Shown here: positions 45,220-45,549 of the stretch, piece after piece | Layout: each line of letters opens with the position of its first letter | Numbering within the stretch: the stretch's first letter is position 1 | Virus record (IMG/VR): IMGVR_UViG_3300022895_000224 | Coordinates: 1-45,549 of that record | DNA: 45,549 nucleotides | Direction: 5' to 3' (one strand) | Origin: a virus | Lineage: Duplodnaviria; Caudoviricetes | Notes under the pieces: generated by a model | What the model was told of the DNA's origin: nothing | Database searches by the model: none | What the model saw: the letters and a program-made list of their open reading frames with translations, nothing else | Program-made: the position numbers and the translations under genes

Positions 45220-45549
45220 ATGGAAAAATGGATAGCAACAGTAAGTGGAGTAATTGGCACACTTGTGTCCTATTCAGTGGATGGACTAGGTATGGCCGTA
45301 ACAGTATTAATTGCATTTATGGCAATTGATTATGCCACGGGTATTATGAGCGGAGTTATTAATCAAAACCTTAACAGTCGTATTGGTTTCAACGGTATTA
45401 TCCGAAAAATTTATTACTTAATGCTAGTTGGCTCAGTGTATTTACTGGCACTAGTTATTCCAGGTATCGAGTACGCAGGTGATGGGGCAGCCATTGCATT
45501 CTGTGTACTCGAATTTATTTCTATCACGGAAAACGGTACGAAAATGGGC
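45220..45549 (+). CDS. Phage holin (Phage_holin_4 family), truncated by the window end
   Basis: MEKWIATVSG...IDYATG...LNSRIGFNGIIRK...EFISITEN; not in the ORF track because the stop lies beyond the window. Confidence 0.9.
   Translation, partial: MEKWIATVSGVIGTLVSYSVDGLGMAVTVLIAFMAIDYATGIMSGVINQNLNSRIGFNGIIRKIYYLMLVGSVYLLALVIPGIEYAGDGAAIAFCVLEFISITENGTKMG

Larger units (their letters stand above)
1..45549. mobile_element. Temperate siphovirus (prophage) of a Bacillaceae-type host, from repressor to holin; both ends lie outside the window
   Basis: Complete syntenic run of immunity, replication, packaging, head, tail and start of lysis genes; Firmicutes-type RBSs (GGAGG) and sigma-A promoters; AbrB and PBSX/SPP1-like proteins. 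Confidence 0.97.

Noticed and set aside
38732-45549. Diversity-generating retroelement acting on tail genes
   Set aside because: No reverse transcriptase and no template/variable repeat pair visible in the window

Overview
The window is most of a temperate siphovirus genome (a prophage or phage) from a low-GC Bacillaceae host. It runs from the immunity repressor at the left edge to the start of the holin at the right edge; the integrase/att sites and endolysin are outside the window. Gene order: XRE repressor (-); early and replication genes (AbrB-like regulator, DUF2800 nuclease, LexA-type DNA-binding domain, DUF2815 SSB, C5 methyltransferase, family A DNA polymerase, beta-clamp-like protein, dimeric dUTPase, VapE primase-helicase, iteron-rich ori, VRR-NUC, SNF2 helicase, sigma-like late activator); packaging (terS, inverted hicAB, PBSX-type terL); SPP1-like head; tail (MTP-Ig, chaperone with -1 frameshift, TMP, Dit, RBP, O-acyltransferase moron, Tal); small morons; holin. 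The most notable signals read directly from the DNA are six. (1) A perfect sigma-A promoter drives a tRNA-half/minihelix-like element right behind a HEPN-like gene. (2) A Bacillus dif-like Xer site sits beside the hicAB insert. (3) An RBP and an acyltransferase-3 gene form a cassette placed between Dit and Tal. (4) A TAAAC-N5-GTT(T/G)A operator recurs seven times over 13 kb. (5) Two sigma-H-type promoters precede morons. (6) There is a short antisense sRNA unit. All protein family calls come from recognising motifs by eye; no searches were run.
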